From contig CAVTTL010000001.1 of assembly GCA_963737635.1 (NCBI GenBank), positions 1,920,001 to 1,984,000 on the forward strand: 64,000 bases of DNA, in the 5' to 3' direction. The notes beneath the pieces are model-generated. The model was not told the origin of the DNA. It did no database searches and saw nothing but the letters and a program-made list of their open reading frames with translations. Numbering within the stretch: the stretch's first letter is position 1; every line of letters begins with the position of its first letter. A program made the translations under genes and the position numbers. This DNA is from an uncultured Methanoregulaceae archaeon. GTDB lineage: Archaea; Halobacteriota; Methanomicrobia; Methanomicrobiales; Methanospirillaceae. This document shows, piece after piece, positions 51,801 to 61,421 of the stretch.

Positions 51801-52074
51801 GAATTCACCTTCGTAGATTAGTAGACACTAGTCGGTACCAGCGTCTCTTATTGTTAAAGAGTATTTAATCTATAAATAATTTTGCTGAAAATGAAAAAAC
51901 CCTTGTGCATTCTTTTTAAATTTTTATGCATATAAAACCGTAATTGGGGAGCTTTATGATGGGATTTTCTCATATATAATTTCTTTGAGCAACCCCAGTT
52001 AATTAAAAATGGGTATATCACGATTGTCACCTCTTTTTATTTATGAAACGATACAATATGAGAACACGGTACCC

Positions 52075-52926
52075 ATGGATAAGAAAGACATCACATATAT
52101 CATAGCCGCGTTCTGCATCATATTTATTATTGCATTTGTTATCAAACCAATAGCCACCGGTCAGCCGGTCAATACCGGACTTTCATCTGAAACACCGGTA
52201 CCTTCCGTGAACGTTACCCCTCTCGTGGTATACTCAAATATTACCAAGCTCCCCACTACAACCCATCCTACAACCACTCCTACTTCTGTACCGACATGGA
52301 ACCAGAAAGTCCAGACCATCGGATTTGTCAATCCCGGAACGTACCAAATCTCAAATAACCAGTCCCTGCCGCAGGGCGTCCGGATCAATGCTACCCAGCC
52401 GGATAACCGGCGAACCGTGTATGCGACCATATCGGGAACATCCAGCGGAACCACTCAGATTATAAACATCCCGTTTCCTTACTGGGAGATTTCCTATACT
52501 ATCCAGCCTCTTGCAGAATCCTCCGGATCTGCCATGGCTTCTTTCGCAATTACCCCGACCAACGGGAACAGTATCTCTATTAGCGGAGTCCAAGGCTCGT
52601 TTTCAACCACACAGCCACAATTTTCGATCCAGGTAATGGATGCAACCGACCCTAACCGGATCGTAAGAACCATCTCACCTCCCGGAGGAATTGACTTCAA
52701 TCTCTGGGAAGGGATTGCCTACCCAACACCGGCGGCAGATGTCACAACTTTCGAGAAGTACGCAACTATAGAACCAACTCCGACGGCAACTTCGACAGAT
52801 CCTAGGCCATGGCTTGAAAAATTCTACGAAGGTGGGAGAGGATATTATTTTGTCATTAATTCCCACTATATCGGTTCCTATACGATCAAGATTCTTGTCC
52901 CAACACAGGACCTCGGGAAATATTGA
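52075..52926 (+). CDS. Hypothetical membrane-anchored surface protein
   Basis: N-terminal TM, Thr/Pro-rich linker, several N-glycosylation sequons; divergent from the archaellins. Confidence 0.7.
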   Translation: MDKKDITYIIAAFCIIFIIAFVIKPIATGQPVNTGLSSETPVPSVNVTPLVVYSNITKLPTTTHPTTTPTSVPTWNQKVQTIGFVNPGTYQISNNQSLPQGVRINATQPDNRRTVYATISGTSSGTTQIINIPFPYWEISYTIQPLAESSGSAMASFAITPTNGNSISISGVQGSFSTTQPQFSIQVMDATDPNRIVRTISPPGGIDFNLWEGIAYPTPAADVTTFEKYATIEPTPTATSTDPRPWLEKFYEGGRGYYFVINSHYIGSYTIKILVPTQDLGKY

Positions 52927-52974
52927 TTTCAGATCGCATGTAAAACAAAAACTCCGGCTAACCGGTGAAAAGGG

Positions 52975-53005
52975 GTATTGAGTATTCGCCAGCGCTGCTC
53001 AATAC
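52975..53005. terminator. Hairpin between convergent genes
   Basis: GTATTGAGTA / TGCTCAATAC 10-bp stem (one G-U), 11-nt loop. Confidence 0.35.
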
Positions 53006-53109
53006 AACGAAAGTGTCTAGAAACCGAGCCTCATTACTAGATTGAAATTCCCTAAAAAAAGCCCGATAACAACAGGTAACAAAAAAATTATTGGGACTAT
53101 CCGACTCGA

Positions 53110-53487
53110 TCAGTCGAGTTTTTTCTTCCCCATGGATTCGATATACATGACCTCTTTTCCCACTTCGAGTTGTCCCTTCTTTTCGGCAGGAATGGCAATT
53201 TCAAAATTGGAATAATCTTTCATGTCCATAAGCTGTGCCATGTCCCCGGCAATAGAGATAACCTGCCCGCTTTTACGCTCGACAACGGGAACGTATGCCT
53301 TTGCTGACACCGGCTGAACAATAGAACGCTTGACGCCATCGAAAATACCAACTGCATCAATCCGTGCCTTGGCGGCCCCGTGTTTCCCGGGTTTTGAAGT
53401 GGCGAGACCTACTACTTTGCAGGGTTCATCATCCACTACGATATAGCGTCCTTCCTTTATCTTTCCGATTTCTGTCTGTTCTTTCAT
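53110..53487 (-). CDS. eif5a: Translation factor aIF5A
   Basis: SKPGKHGAAK hypusine motif. Confidence 0.96.
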   Translation of the reverse strand: MKEQTEIGKIKEGRYIVVDDEPCKVVGLATSKPGKHGAAKARIDAVGIFDGVKRSIVQPVSAKAYVPVVERKSGQVISIAGDMAQLMDMKDYSNFEIAIPAEKKGQLEVGKEVMYIESMGKKKLD

Positions 53488-53594
53488 TTGAGTTTCACAA
53501 CCTAAAACGTATCCTTATTTTAAGCGCAGATGTAATTTATCTTTATTGCCGTACATAAATACAACGCTGACCGCATTTAGAGGTTTTTATTGCC

Positions 53595-54372
53595 ATGAAC
53601 TTCCTTTCTGCCTGCAATGAAATGGCTGTATCTCGTCCGGGAAAATATCAGGCCGCTTGTGGGATCCCCGGCGGGTGGCCAAGTCATCCGCATGGGTGCC
53701 GATCACACACCGACGGAGAAGATCGATCAGGTGGCAGAGGACTGCGTGATCGGATATATCCGTGAACACAATCTGTGCTCAGTTCTTATCAGCGAGGAAT
53801 CCGGCAGGTTATCGATAGATGGCGGGAAAGGAACCATATTCCTTGATCCGGTGGATGGCACGTACAACGCAGTCACCGGTATTCCGTTCTACGGTCTTTC
53901 CCTGGCGTGGGCAAGTGAGGGGGTAGTTCAGAAGGCATTTGTCCAGGACCTCGCAACAGGAGAAACCTTCACAGCAATCCGGGGAAAATCTGCCCATTGT
54001 AACGGGAAAGCCATTCACGTCTCCCCGACCGTCCGGCTGGATAAATCTGCAATGAGTATATACGGCCGGAAATTTGATCCGACCCGGATGATGCAACTTG
54101 GTCACAAGATCCGGCGGTGGCGGCTTCTTGGCGCTTCTGCACTAGAGCTCTGTTATGTCGGTGCCGGGAGGATCGATGGTTTTGTCGATCTCAGAGGAAC
54201 CCTCAGGGTGACAGACGCAGCGGCGGGAATGCTCATCTGTACAGAAGCCGGCGGTGCTGTGACAGACTTAAACGGAGAATCTCTTGTGTTTCCCGAAGAG
54301 GTTACAGTAGGACGGTGCATTATTGCCACGAACGGTGTGTTGCACCACAAGGTGATAGAATACCTGCGGTGA
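53595..54372 (+). CDS. suhB: Bifunctional fructose-1,6-bisphosphatase / inositol monophosphatase; frameshift near 53630
   Basis: [36 protein letters not shown]. Confidence 0.9.
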
Positions 54373-54377
54373 TACCC

Positions 54378-55190
54378 ATGAAGTGTCTTCTTGTCTCCCG
54401 TATAGATTTGCCCGAAGCTCTTGACTGTGCACGAAGAATAAAGACTACGCTGGAAGGAAAAGGGCACGTGGTTCTCGTAGAGACAGATACGGCAGCCCAT
54501 CTTGGCGGGGCCGGCCTCCCCTGCAGCCAGGCCAAAGCGGATATCGTGATTGTAACCGGAGGCGATGGCACGATTCTTCGGACCGTTCAGCAGTTACAAG
54601 ATCAGATACCAATCATTGGGATCAATCACGGTGAGGTAGGTTTCCTTGCGGATCTCGAACCCGATGAGGCCGGAGATTTTATAAAATCGCTCGCCCCGGG
54701 ATTTGCCGTTGAGGAACGAATGCGTCTTTCCCTCATGAGGGACAACAAATCCCTTGGCGATGCTTTGAACGAAGGGCTCATCGTCACCACCCGCCCTGCA
54801 AAGATGCTGCGGTTCTCGATCTTAATTGACGGCGTAATTTCGGAACAGTTCCGTTCTGACGGTCTGCTCATCAGCACGCCAACCGGATCGACTGCATACG
54901 CGATGAGTGCGGGCGGGCCGATTGTGGATCCCCGGATCCAAGGTTTCCTTCTTGTTCCGCTGGCTCCATACCTGCTCTCATCCCGTCCCCACCTCATCAG
55001 CAGTAACCGCAGGCTCGAGATAAGGCTGGAAAGCTCAAAGCCTGCAAAGCTGGTCATCGACGGACAAAAAACGGTGGAACTGGGCAGTTCGACATCCCTT
55101 CTGGTGCAGAAGGCAGAAAAACCCGCACAATTTGTTGACGCACACCGGAATTTCTTCGAAAAAGTAGACCACAAACTCCGGAAGCTCTAA
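54378..55190 (+). CDS. nadK: NAD kinase
   Basis: [33 protein letters not shown]. Confidence 0.95.
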   Translation: MKCLLVSRIDLPEALDCARRIKTTLEGKGHVVLVETDTAAHLGGAGLPCSQAKADIVIVTGGDGTILRTVQQLQDQIPIIGINHGEVGFLADLEPDEAGDFIKSLAPGFAVEERMRLSLMRDNKSLGDALNEGLIVTTRPAKMLRFSILIDGVISEQFRSDGLLISTPTGSTAYAMSAGGPIVDPRIQGFLLVPLAPYLLSSRPHLISSNRRLEIRLESSKPAKLVIDGQKTVELGSSTSLLVQKAEKPAQFVDAHRNFFEKVDHKLRKL

Positions 55191-55267
55191 TTGATCCTTG
55201 CGGTGCGCAAAAAAAGAACAACCTTTTCTTGATGAGCGGATCTATTCTTGTTACTAAGGTGGTACGC

Positions 55268-55771
55268 GTGCAGGTTTCGATGAAGCTTGAGATGAAGGAT
55301 TCCCCCGGACAACTGGTCGCAGCCCTCAAACCGATCTCTGACGTAGGAGGGAATATCATCGCAGTCATTCACCAGCGCGACCCTGATTCCGGTCACCACA
55401 CCCTGAACGTTCAGATTGTACTTGCCCTGCCTGAAGGACGCCTCGATACCCTGGTAACGCTCTTAAAGGAACAGGGCGTCCATATCCAGAGGATAGGTAA
55501 AGAGCGCCTGCTCTACAAGCGAACCGTTATCTTGATCGGCCATCTCATGCATACTGACCTTTCTGATACAGTTGACCGGATTGATTCCACAGGTTTTGCT
55601 GAGGTCTGCGAGATCTCGGTGAGCATGCCGGCCATTAACGAACGTTCCACATCGAGGGTTACGATAAAGGCGACCAACAGGGCAGACATGGACGCCGCGA
55701 TTACCATTCTGCGTCAGGTTGCACACCAGAAATCGCTTCTCTTGATCGAGCCCTTGGAGGAGATCGCATGA
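55268..55771 (+). CDS. ACT-domain protein (homoserine dehydrogenase regulator type)
   Basis: KDSPGQL..ALKPIS..GGNI..VIH; overlaps the hom start; start codon uncertain. Confidence 0.85.
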   Translation: MQVSMKLEMKDSPGQLVAALKPISDVGGNIIAVIHQRDPDSGHHTLNVQIVLALPEGRLDTLVTLLKEQGVHIQRIGKERLLYKRTVILIGHLMHTDLSDTVDRIDSTGFAEVCEISVSMPAINERSTSRVTIKATNRADMDAAITILRQVAHQKSLLLIEPLEEIA

Positions 55772-56754
55772 AAGCAGCGCTGATCGGTCTTGGGTCAGTA
55801 GGACGCGGCGTTGGAGAGATGATTGCGAAAAAAAATCACGGCATCACGATCACAGGAGTTGCAGACTCAAAGAGCGGTTCTATCTGCGACGAAGGTATCG
55901 ATATCGAGGAAGTACTCGAACAAAAACGTACCAAAGGTATCTGCGGGAACCAAGCGATCACCGCAGTAGACGTAATCCAAAAAGCGGATTATGATGTCCT
56001 TATTGAAGTGACGCCGACAAATGCGCTTACCGGCGAACCGGCGCTCGGGTACATTCGGGCAGCTCTTGCACGAAAAAAACATATCGTTACCTCGAACAAA
56101 GGCCCAATCGCCCTCGCGTACCATGATTTGTCTGCCCTTGCAAAAAAGAATCACGTTGCACTCCGGTATGAGGCAACAGTCGGCGGCGCTATTCCCATCA
56201 TGCATACAATCGAAGACGGCCTTTCAGGTAACGAGATTCTCGCGATCTACGGGGTTCTCAATGGGACGTGTAATTATATCCTGACCCGGATGGCTGCCGA
56301 AGGTCTTACCTACGAGCAGGCACTCCTCGAGGCACAGGAAATGGGCTTTGCCGAAGCCGATCCGACGTATGATGTGAAGGGAATCGATGCCGCAATAAAA
56401 CTGGTAATCCTGGTTAATACCATCTGGGGAGATGGGATCACATTGTCCGACATTGACCTAACCGGTATCGATCTGCTCACGCCGGATGCACTGCGCCTTG
56501 CAGAAGAGGGCGATAGCACCATCCGGTTGATTGCCGAAGCAATCCCGAGAGAAAAGATCCTCCGTGTTTCACCCCGTCTTATCGAAAAAAGTCACCCCCT
56601 TGTAGTTGACGGTGCATTAAACGCACTTACCCTTGAGACCGACATGGCAAAGGAGATCACTTTGATTGGTAAAGGTGCAGGATCGATCGAAACGGCGAGC
56701 GCCATTATAGGCGATATTCTGTATATCCGCGACCATTATGGCAAGCGTGCTTGA
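55768..56754 (+). CDS. hom: Homoserine dehydrogenase
   Basis: GLGSVG, VTSNKGP, YEATVGGAIP, NGTCNYIL, AEADPTYDV.GIDAA.K, GAG..ETA. Confidence 0.95.
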   Translation: MKAALIGLGSVGRGVGEMIAKKNHGITITGVADSKSGSICDEGIDIEEVLEQKRTKGICGNQAITAVDVIQKADYDVLIEVTPTNALTGEPALGYIRAALARKKHIVTSNKGPIALAYHDLSALAKKNHVALRYEATVGGAIPIMHTIEDGLSGNEILAIYGVLNGTCNYILTRMAAEGLTYEQALLEAQEMGFAEADPTYDVKGIDAAIKLVILVNTIWGDGITLSDIDLTGIDLLTPDALRLAEEGDSTIRLIAEAIPREKILRVSPRLIEKSHPLVVDGALNALTLETDMAKEITLIGKGAGSIETASAIIGDILYIRDHYGKRA

Positions 56755-57845
56755 ACATCGGCGAGAATACCTGCGCCTGATGCGCCGGTTTACTCAGGAT
56801 GCCGGATTTTTTACCGTTACTGACATCCAGAAGGCGGCAGGAATCCCGAGAAGTACGGCCCAGGACTGGGTTACGCGACTTGTTCGGGAAGGATGCGTCC
56901 TTCTAAAAAAAGAGAGATCAGGAAGAGCTCCCGCCCGATATGCTGCCCTTTCTGCAATCCCGCAGAGTACCTGCCGGAGGATCTTTACCACGACGGATGG
57001 CAATCGAGTCGAGATCTTCCATGATTGCATGAGCGGTGCCTGTGCAGACTTTCTGCGGTTACCATCACACCCGTGCGGGGGGAGTGGTGACTGCAGTGAA
57101 ACGCGACGGGACGCTCCTGAGGGAGTGTGCCCGTATAGGCGATGCCCTGGTCTCTATTGGGCTTCCTCCGCATTCCGCCGTTGGGATCTCCGGCGTCAGC
57201 CATATAGGCGATCATATCGTCCAGCACATTCGTTGTATTGGTGGCCCGGCATACTCGCTTACCGATATGATGTCGCGGGCGGAGGGTGTTATTCAGGTTG
57301 AACTCAGTCAGGCCGGGGGAATAGTAGAAGGGAATGTCTGGACCCAGGCACTCACCCATCTTACCATTGGGGTTGATGATACCGATTCAAAGGCAGGCGG
57401 TGCGACGTTTGCCCTCGCGCTTGCACTGCTGACGCAGATATCGGCAGGAAGAACCGTGCTCCCGATAAGTCATCATGTCGTGATGCTTAACGAGAAACTC
57501 GTGAACAAAACTACCGGTAACTCGGCAAGTTACATCGAAGTCGCCGTTCACCCTTCCCGTATCGAGTGGGTAGTGGCAAAGAGCCGCGAGTTTGTTGAAA
57601 ACGAGACCCTTTCACCCGAGTGGGGGCTCGCGTTTCTTAAAGGAATGACTATTCCTTCAGACCTGAGAGAGTATGGAAGAAAGGTGAGGGAAGACGTGGT
57701 CGACCGCGCCGTGGCCGAGGTGGTGGCACAGCGATCCGGGGCAATGCTCTTCGGTGGCAACGGTGTTATCGGAGCACTCGGGGCCGTCGCTCTGGCCAGG
57801 CTGCCGCACGAGATCCAGCTGGATCCGGCAAGAACCGTTTTTTGA
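56738..57845 (+). CDS. Winged-HTH fused to a methanogenesis-marker-11/TiaS-like domain; frameshift near 57050
   Basis: N-terminal HTH (TVTDIQKAAGIPRSTAQDWVTRLVREG); Cys/His-rich middle; C-terminal IGVDDTDS..GGAT, KTTGN, GVIGALGA. Confidence 0.65.
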
Positions 57846-57859
57846 ATCATATGTTATGC

Positions 57860-58015
57860 GCTGTGTATTTCAATCCCACCCAGTGATCCATTATCGGAAG
57901 AATATGCGGTCCGAATACGGAGATAGGTGGCAAGTCTCCAGCAACAACATCGAAGTTACCCGTTTCCATCCGATTGCGATTAAAGTAATGAAAAAAATCG
58001 GGATCGGCATCCTCA
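57860..58015 (+). pseudogene. Decayed arsenate reductase (ArsC/LMW-PTP) fragment
   Basis: MRSEYGDRWQVSSNNIEVTRFHPIAIKVMKKIGIGI resembles the ArsC segment after the P-loop; the catalytic CX5R loop is not intact. Confidence 0.5.
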
Positions 58016-58151
58016 ACAACGTGACAAATTCCTGTAAAGAAGCGATTATATTCATGAAAAGGAATACACCTCGTATAACTCCAGCACTCACATAAGGCCG
58101 CGTTGGAATAGATTAAAAAAACGTGAAACCCTCGCGTTGTAGGTAGGAGGT

Positions 58152-58796
58152 ATGTTGAGCAGCAAATCCATGAATCTCCTCGTTCAATCCCTGATGGAAG
58201 GGAACCGCACGGATGCAATTAGCGAAGCGGATAAACTCATACGTGCTGGTGTTGGGCGCGAGGAGATTATTTCCGGTGGTATCGAGACGGCCATGAAACG
58301 TCTGGAAACGAAATGTACGCTCGATCAGTTTAATCTCCTTGAGATTATGGTTGCGGGCCGGGCCGTCATGGATGTTATGAAATTCCTGTACCCGGCAGGT
58401 GCCGCTCTTCCGTCCACTAAGGGCACTGTAGTGATTGCAACTCTTGAAGGGGATGTACATGATCTTGGAAAGAATATCCTCAGGTTTATTCTCATAACTG
58501 ATGGATACCGGGTCGTCGATTGCGGCCGGGACTGCCAAGTTGCGGCGCTCGCAGAGACTGCGGAGAAGGAGGGGGCCATAGCTGTTTGTGTCAGCGGCTT
58601 GATTACCACGGTTATCCCGGCAGTCAGACTGGTGAGAAGCAGCCTCGCCGCCCGTAGTCTCACCGGTGTACGGATTATCGCAGGAGGGGCAGCGCTCAAA
58701 CAGGCCTCTGCGAAGGCACTTAATGTGGATTTCGTTTGCGATTCGGCATTCGATGCGACCAACTGGCTCGATAGGATCCGGGAGGCGGATACGTGA
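58152..58796 (+). CDS. Corrinoid (B12-binding) protein, MtaC/MtbC-like
   Basis: Cap domain plus EGDVHDLGKNI base-off/His-on motif, SGL.TT, GGAA; GGAGG RBS. Confidence 0.92.
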   Translation: MLSSKSMNLLVQSLMEGNRTDAISEADKLIRAGVGREEIISGGIETAMKRLETKCTLDQFNLLEIMVAGRAVMDVMKFLYPAGAALPSTKGTVVIATLEGDVHDLGKNILRFILITDGYRVVDCGRDCQVAALAETAEKEGAIAVCVSGLITTVIPAVRLVRSSLAARSLTGVRIIAGGAALKQASAKALNVDFVCDSAFDATNWLDRIREADT

Positions 58797-59806
58797 ATAG
58801 TATTGAGCGCATCACCGCAACCGTGAATGGAAACTCGACCGACAGGGTGCCGGTCGTCGCGCAGGTCTTCGGCCATGCCGCTGCAATAAATGACGAAAAA
58901 CTCGGAGCATACCTTAGGGATGGGAGCACTCTTGCCCGGTGCCAGATCGCGGCTCTCGAACGGTACGGGTACGATGCCGTCTTTGCGCTCATGGACGTGT
59001 CAGTTGAAACCGAAGCCGCAGGATCCGTTCTCACCTATTTCGATGACCGGTATCCCGTTATCAAATCGTACGCTCTCACGGATGCCTGTCATCTTGACCG
59101 GCTCCACCAGCCGGATCCTGAACGAGATGGCCGGATGCCAGAGCTGATTCGGGCTGCACGAATACTCCGTGAAGAGGTTGGCGGGGAAACTCTTGTGGTG
59201 GGGTGCGTGCTCGGACCTCTTACGATAACCACCCAATTGCTCGGGATGGAGAAGGCATTATTCCTTGCCGTCGATGACCCGGACCTCTTTGAGGGGATTC
59301 TTGACTTTGCGACTGAAATTGCAATCTCGTTTGGCAAAATGCAGCTCGATGCTGGCGTGCATCTCCCCTTAGTCTTCGATCCTTCATCATCGCCGGTAGT
59401 AGTCCCGCCACAGTTCTTCCGGGAGTTTGAACTCCCCCGCCTCCGGAGGATCTTCTCTGCTTTTAGGACGAGCGGATCGGCAGCAAACTGGCTTCACATT
59501 GCCGGGCCGTCTGCTCCTCTCCTACCTTGGTACCCGGAGGCGGGCGTAGATATCGCGAACTTCGATTACCAAATCAGCGCTAAAGATGCTGCACATGCTC
59601 TTCCCGGAACCTGCCTTGATGGGAATATTAAATCCTACTCGTTTGTTTCTGCGTCCCCCCGCGAGATTGCTCTTGAATCACAGAACCTTCTTGATGCATT
59701 TTCCAAACGCCGGGGATTCATCCTCTCTTCGGGATGCGAAATTCCACCGGAGGCAAAGTCAGAAAACGTAGCCGCCATGGTCAGTGCCGTGCGGGAAAAA
59801 AGGTGA
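58793..59806 (+). CDS. Uroporphyrinogen decarboxylase fold methyltransferase (MtaA/CmuA-like)
   Basis: DRVPV, D.SVETEA.G, PDP..DGRMP, GP.T, FREF..P, GN, FILSSGCEIP. Confidence 0.88.
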   Translation: MNSIERITATVNGNSTDRVPVVAQVFGHAAAINDEKLGAYLRDGSTLARCQIAALERYGYDAVFALMDVSVETEAAGSVLTYFDDRYPVIKSYALTDACHLDRLHQPDPERDGRMPELIRAARILREEVGGETLVVGCVLGPLTITTQLLGMEKALFLAVDDPDLFEGILDFATEIAISFGKMQLDAGVHLPLVFDPSSSPVVVPPQFFREFELPRLRRIFSAFRTSGSAANWLHIAGPSAPLLPWYPEAGVDIANFDYQISAKDAAHALPGTCLDGNIKSYSFVSASPREIALESQNLLDAFSKRRGFILSSGCEIPPEAKSENVAAMVSAVREKR

Positions 59807-59809
59807 CCT

Positions 59810-61418
59810 GTGCCAGTCCTCATGGTTTGTTCCGGTGAACGGACAGTTGAGATAGATTTTACTCCCGGGTTGTCCCTGCGGGAGATACTCGAAGCAACAG
59901 AAATTCCGATACGGACCGGATGCAATGGGAATGGTTCCTGCGGCCTCTGCCGAGTCAGGATCACATCCGGCAAGGTACAGGATCCCTCGCAACAGGAGAT
60001 GCTGGTCATCAATAGCAGCCGTAGCGAGGCAAAGGACGTACGGCTGGCGTGCTACGTTCGTCCTGAACTCGATCTCGGGATCGAAATATGCGGGCCTGCC
60101 CAGGATGCGACATGGAAGATTTTTCCATGTAACCATACAGGGGATATGCTGGTAAAACCTGTATTGGCGGCAACAGAAATGGAAAGCGGCAACTGCAGGG
60201 GCGCATATGGCGTGGCTGTTGACCTTGGGACATCCCAAATCAGCATCTCCATTCTCGAATTAGATACCGGAAGAAGGATCGCGGGCCGGTACGGGACGAA
60301 TCCGCAGGCCGCTTTTGGCGCCGACGTAATGACCCGTCTGGTGGCAGCGACCGGCTCCGTGGAAAAAGCTCGAGCTCCTTCGCACCCGGGTCGTTCATGC
60401 CATCGGCGACGGGCTCGCGGACATCGCCAGCCGGAACGGGGTCGACCTCGCCCGGGTGACCCGACTTGTGCTCGTAGGAAATACAGCGATGCTTGCCCTG
60501 CTCTCTGGGAGAAACTACCCCCTCCTTATCCGGCGGATACGTGGACGGGTACGATCGATTGTCTCCCTGATGAGACAGCCCCTATGGCAGCTGAATGGGG
60601 GATTCATTCTGCAACGATAGATGTCCTGCCGCCGTTCGCCGGATTTGTCGGTTCGGATCTTCTCGCGGGAGTGCAGGCAACCCGGATGATGGAGCTTGAC
60701 AGGCCGGCACTCCTCATTGATTTTGGCACTAACTCCGAAATCGCCCTCTGGGACGGACACAACCTCTTCCTAACCTCAGCCGCCGGCGGACCAGCGTTCG
60801 AAGGGAGCGGCATGCAGTGCGGCATGCCGGCTGAGGCGGGTGCTATCTGCCAGGTCCGATTCCGGAGCCATGGAGCAGAATGCGCGACGATCGCTGGTGT
60901 TCCGGCCCGCGGGATCTGTGGTACCGGTCTCGTTGACCTTATTGCCAACCTTCTCAGAGCCGGGCATTCTGTCAGAGAGGGGCCGTTTCTCACCGGATCA
61001 CAACGGCGTTTTTGTCCTTATAAACGGTGATTTACCAATCGTTCTTACCGGAAAAGATGTCGACCTTTTCCAGCGGGCCAAAGCTGCAGTCGGTGCGGGT
61101 GTCCAGTATCTGATGGAGCGTGCAGGCATCAGCAGCGATGAACTCGAGCGTCTGTATGTCAGTGGAACGTTTGGCAGCAATCTCGATACTGGCAACGCCC
61201 GGACGATCGGCCTCCTCCCGATGATGAGGGATGACCGGATTCGGCTCTGCGGAAATACAGCTTCTGCCGGCTGCGAGCAGGTTCTCGTTGATCCGACAGC
61301 AGTCAGAAAACTGGAAACGGTCAGGCAATCGGCAAGAATCGAAAACCTCGCCGGACTCCCGGACTTCGACAATCTTTTCCTCGAGAATCTGTACCTGCGG
61401 CCGCTGGGGGGTGCCTGA
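59810..61418 (+). CDS. RACo/COG3894-type ATP-dependent corrinoid reductive activator (N-terminal 2Fe-2S + ASKHA); several frameshifts
   Basis: CNGNGSCGLC..RLAC, VDLGTS, FVGSD, DFGTNSE, SAAGGPAFEG, GICGTG, Q.AKAAV.AG, GNTA; the C-terminus is in the 60840..61418 frame. Confidence 0.88.
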
Positions 61419-61421
61419 ACC

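Noticed and set aside
58152-61418. Evidence of methylotrophic methanogenesis or pyrrolysine read-through
   Set aside because: No substrate-specific methyltransferase, no in-frame amber codon noticed and no pyl genes in the window.
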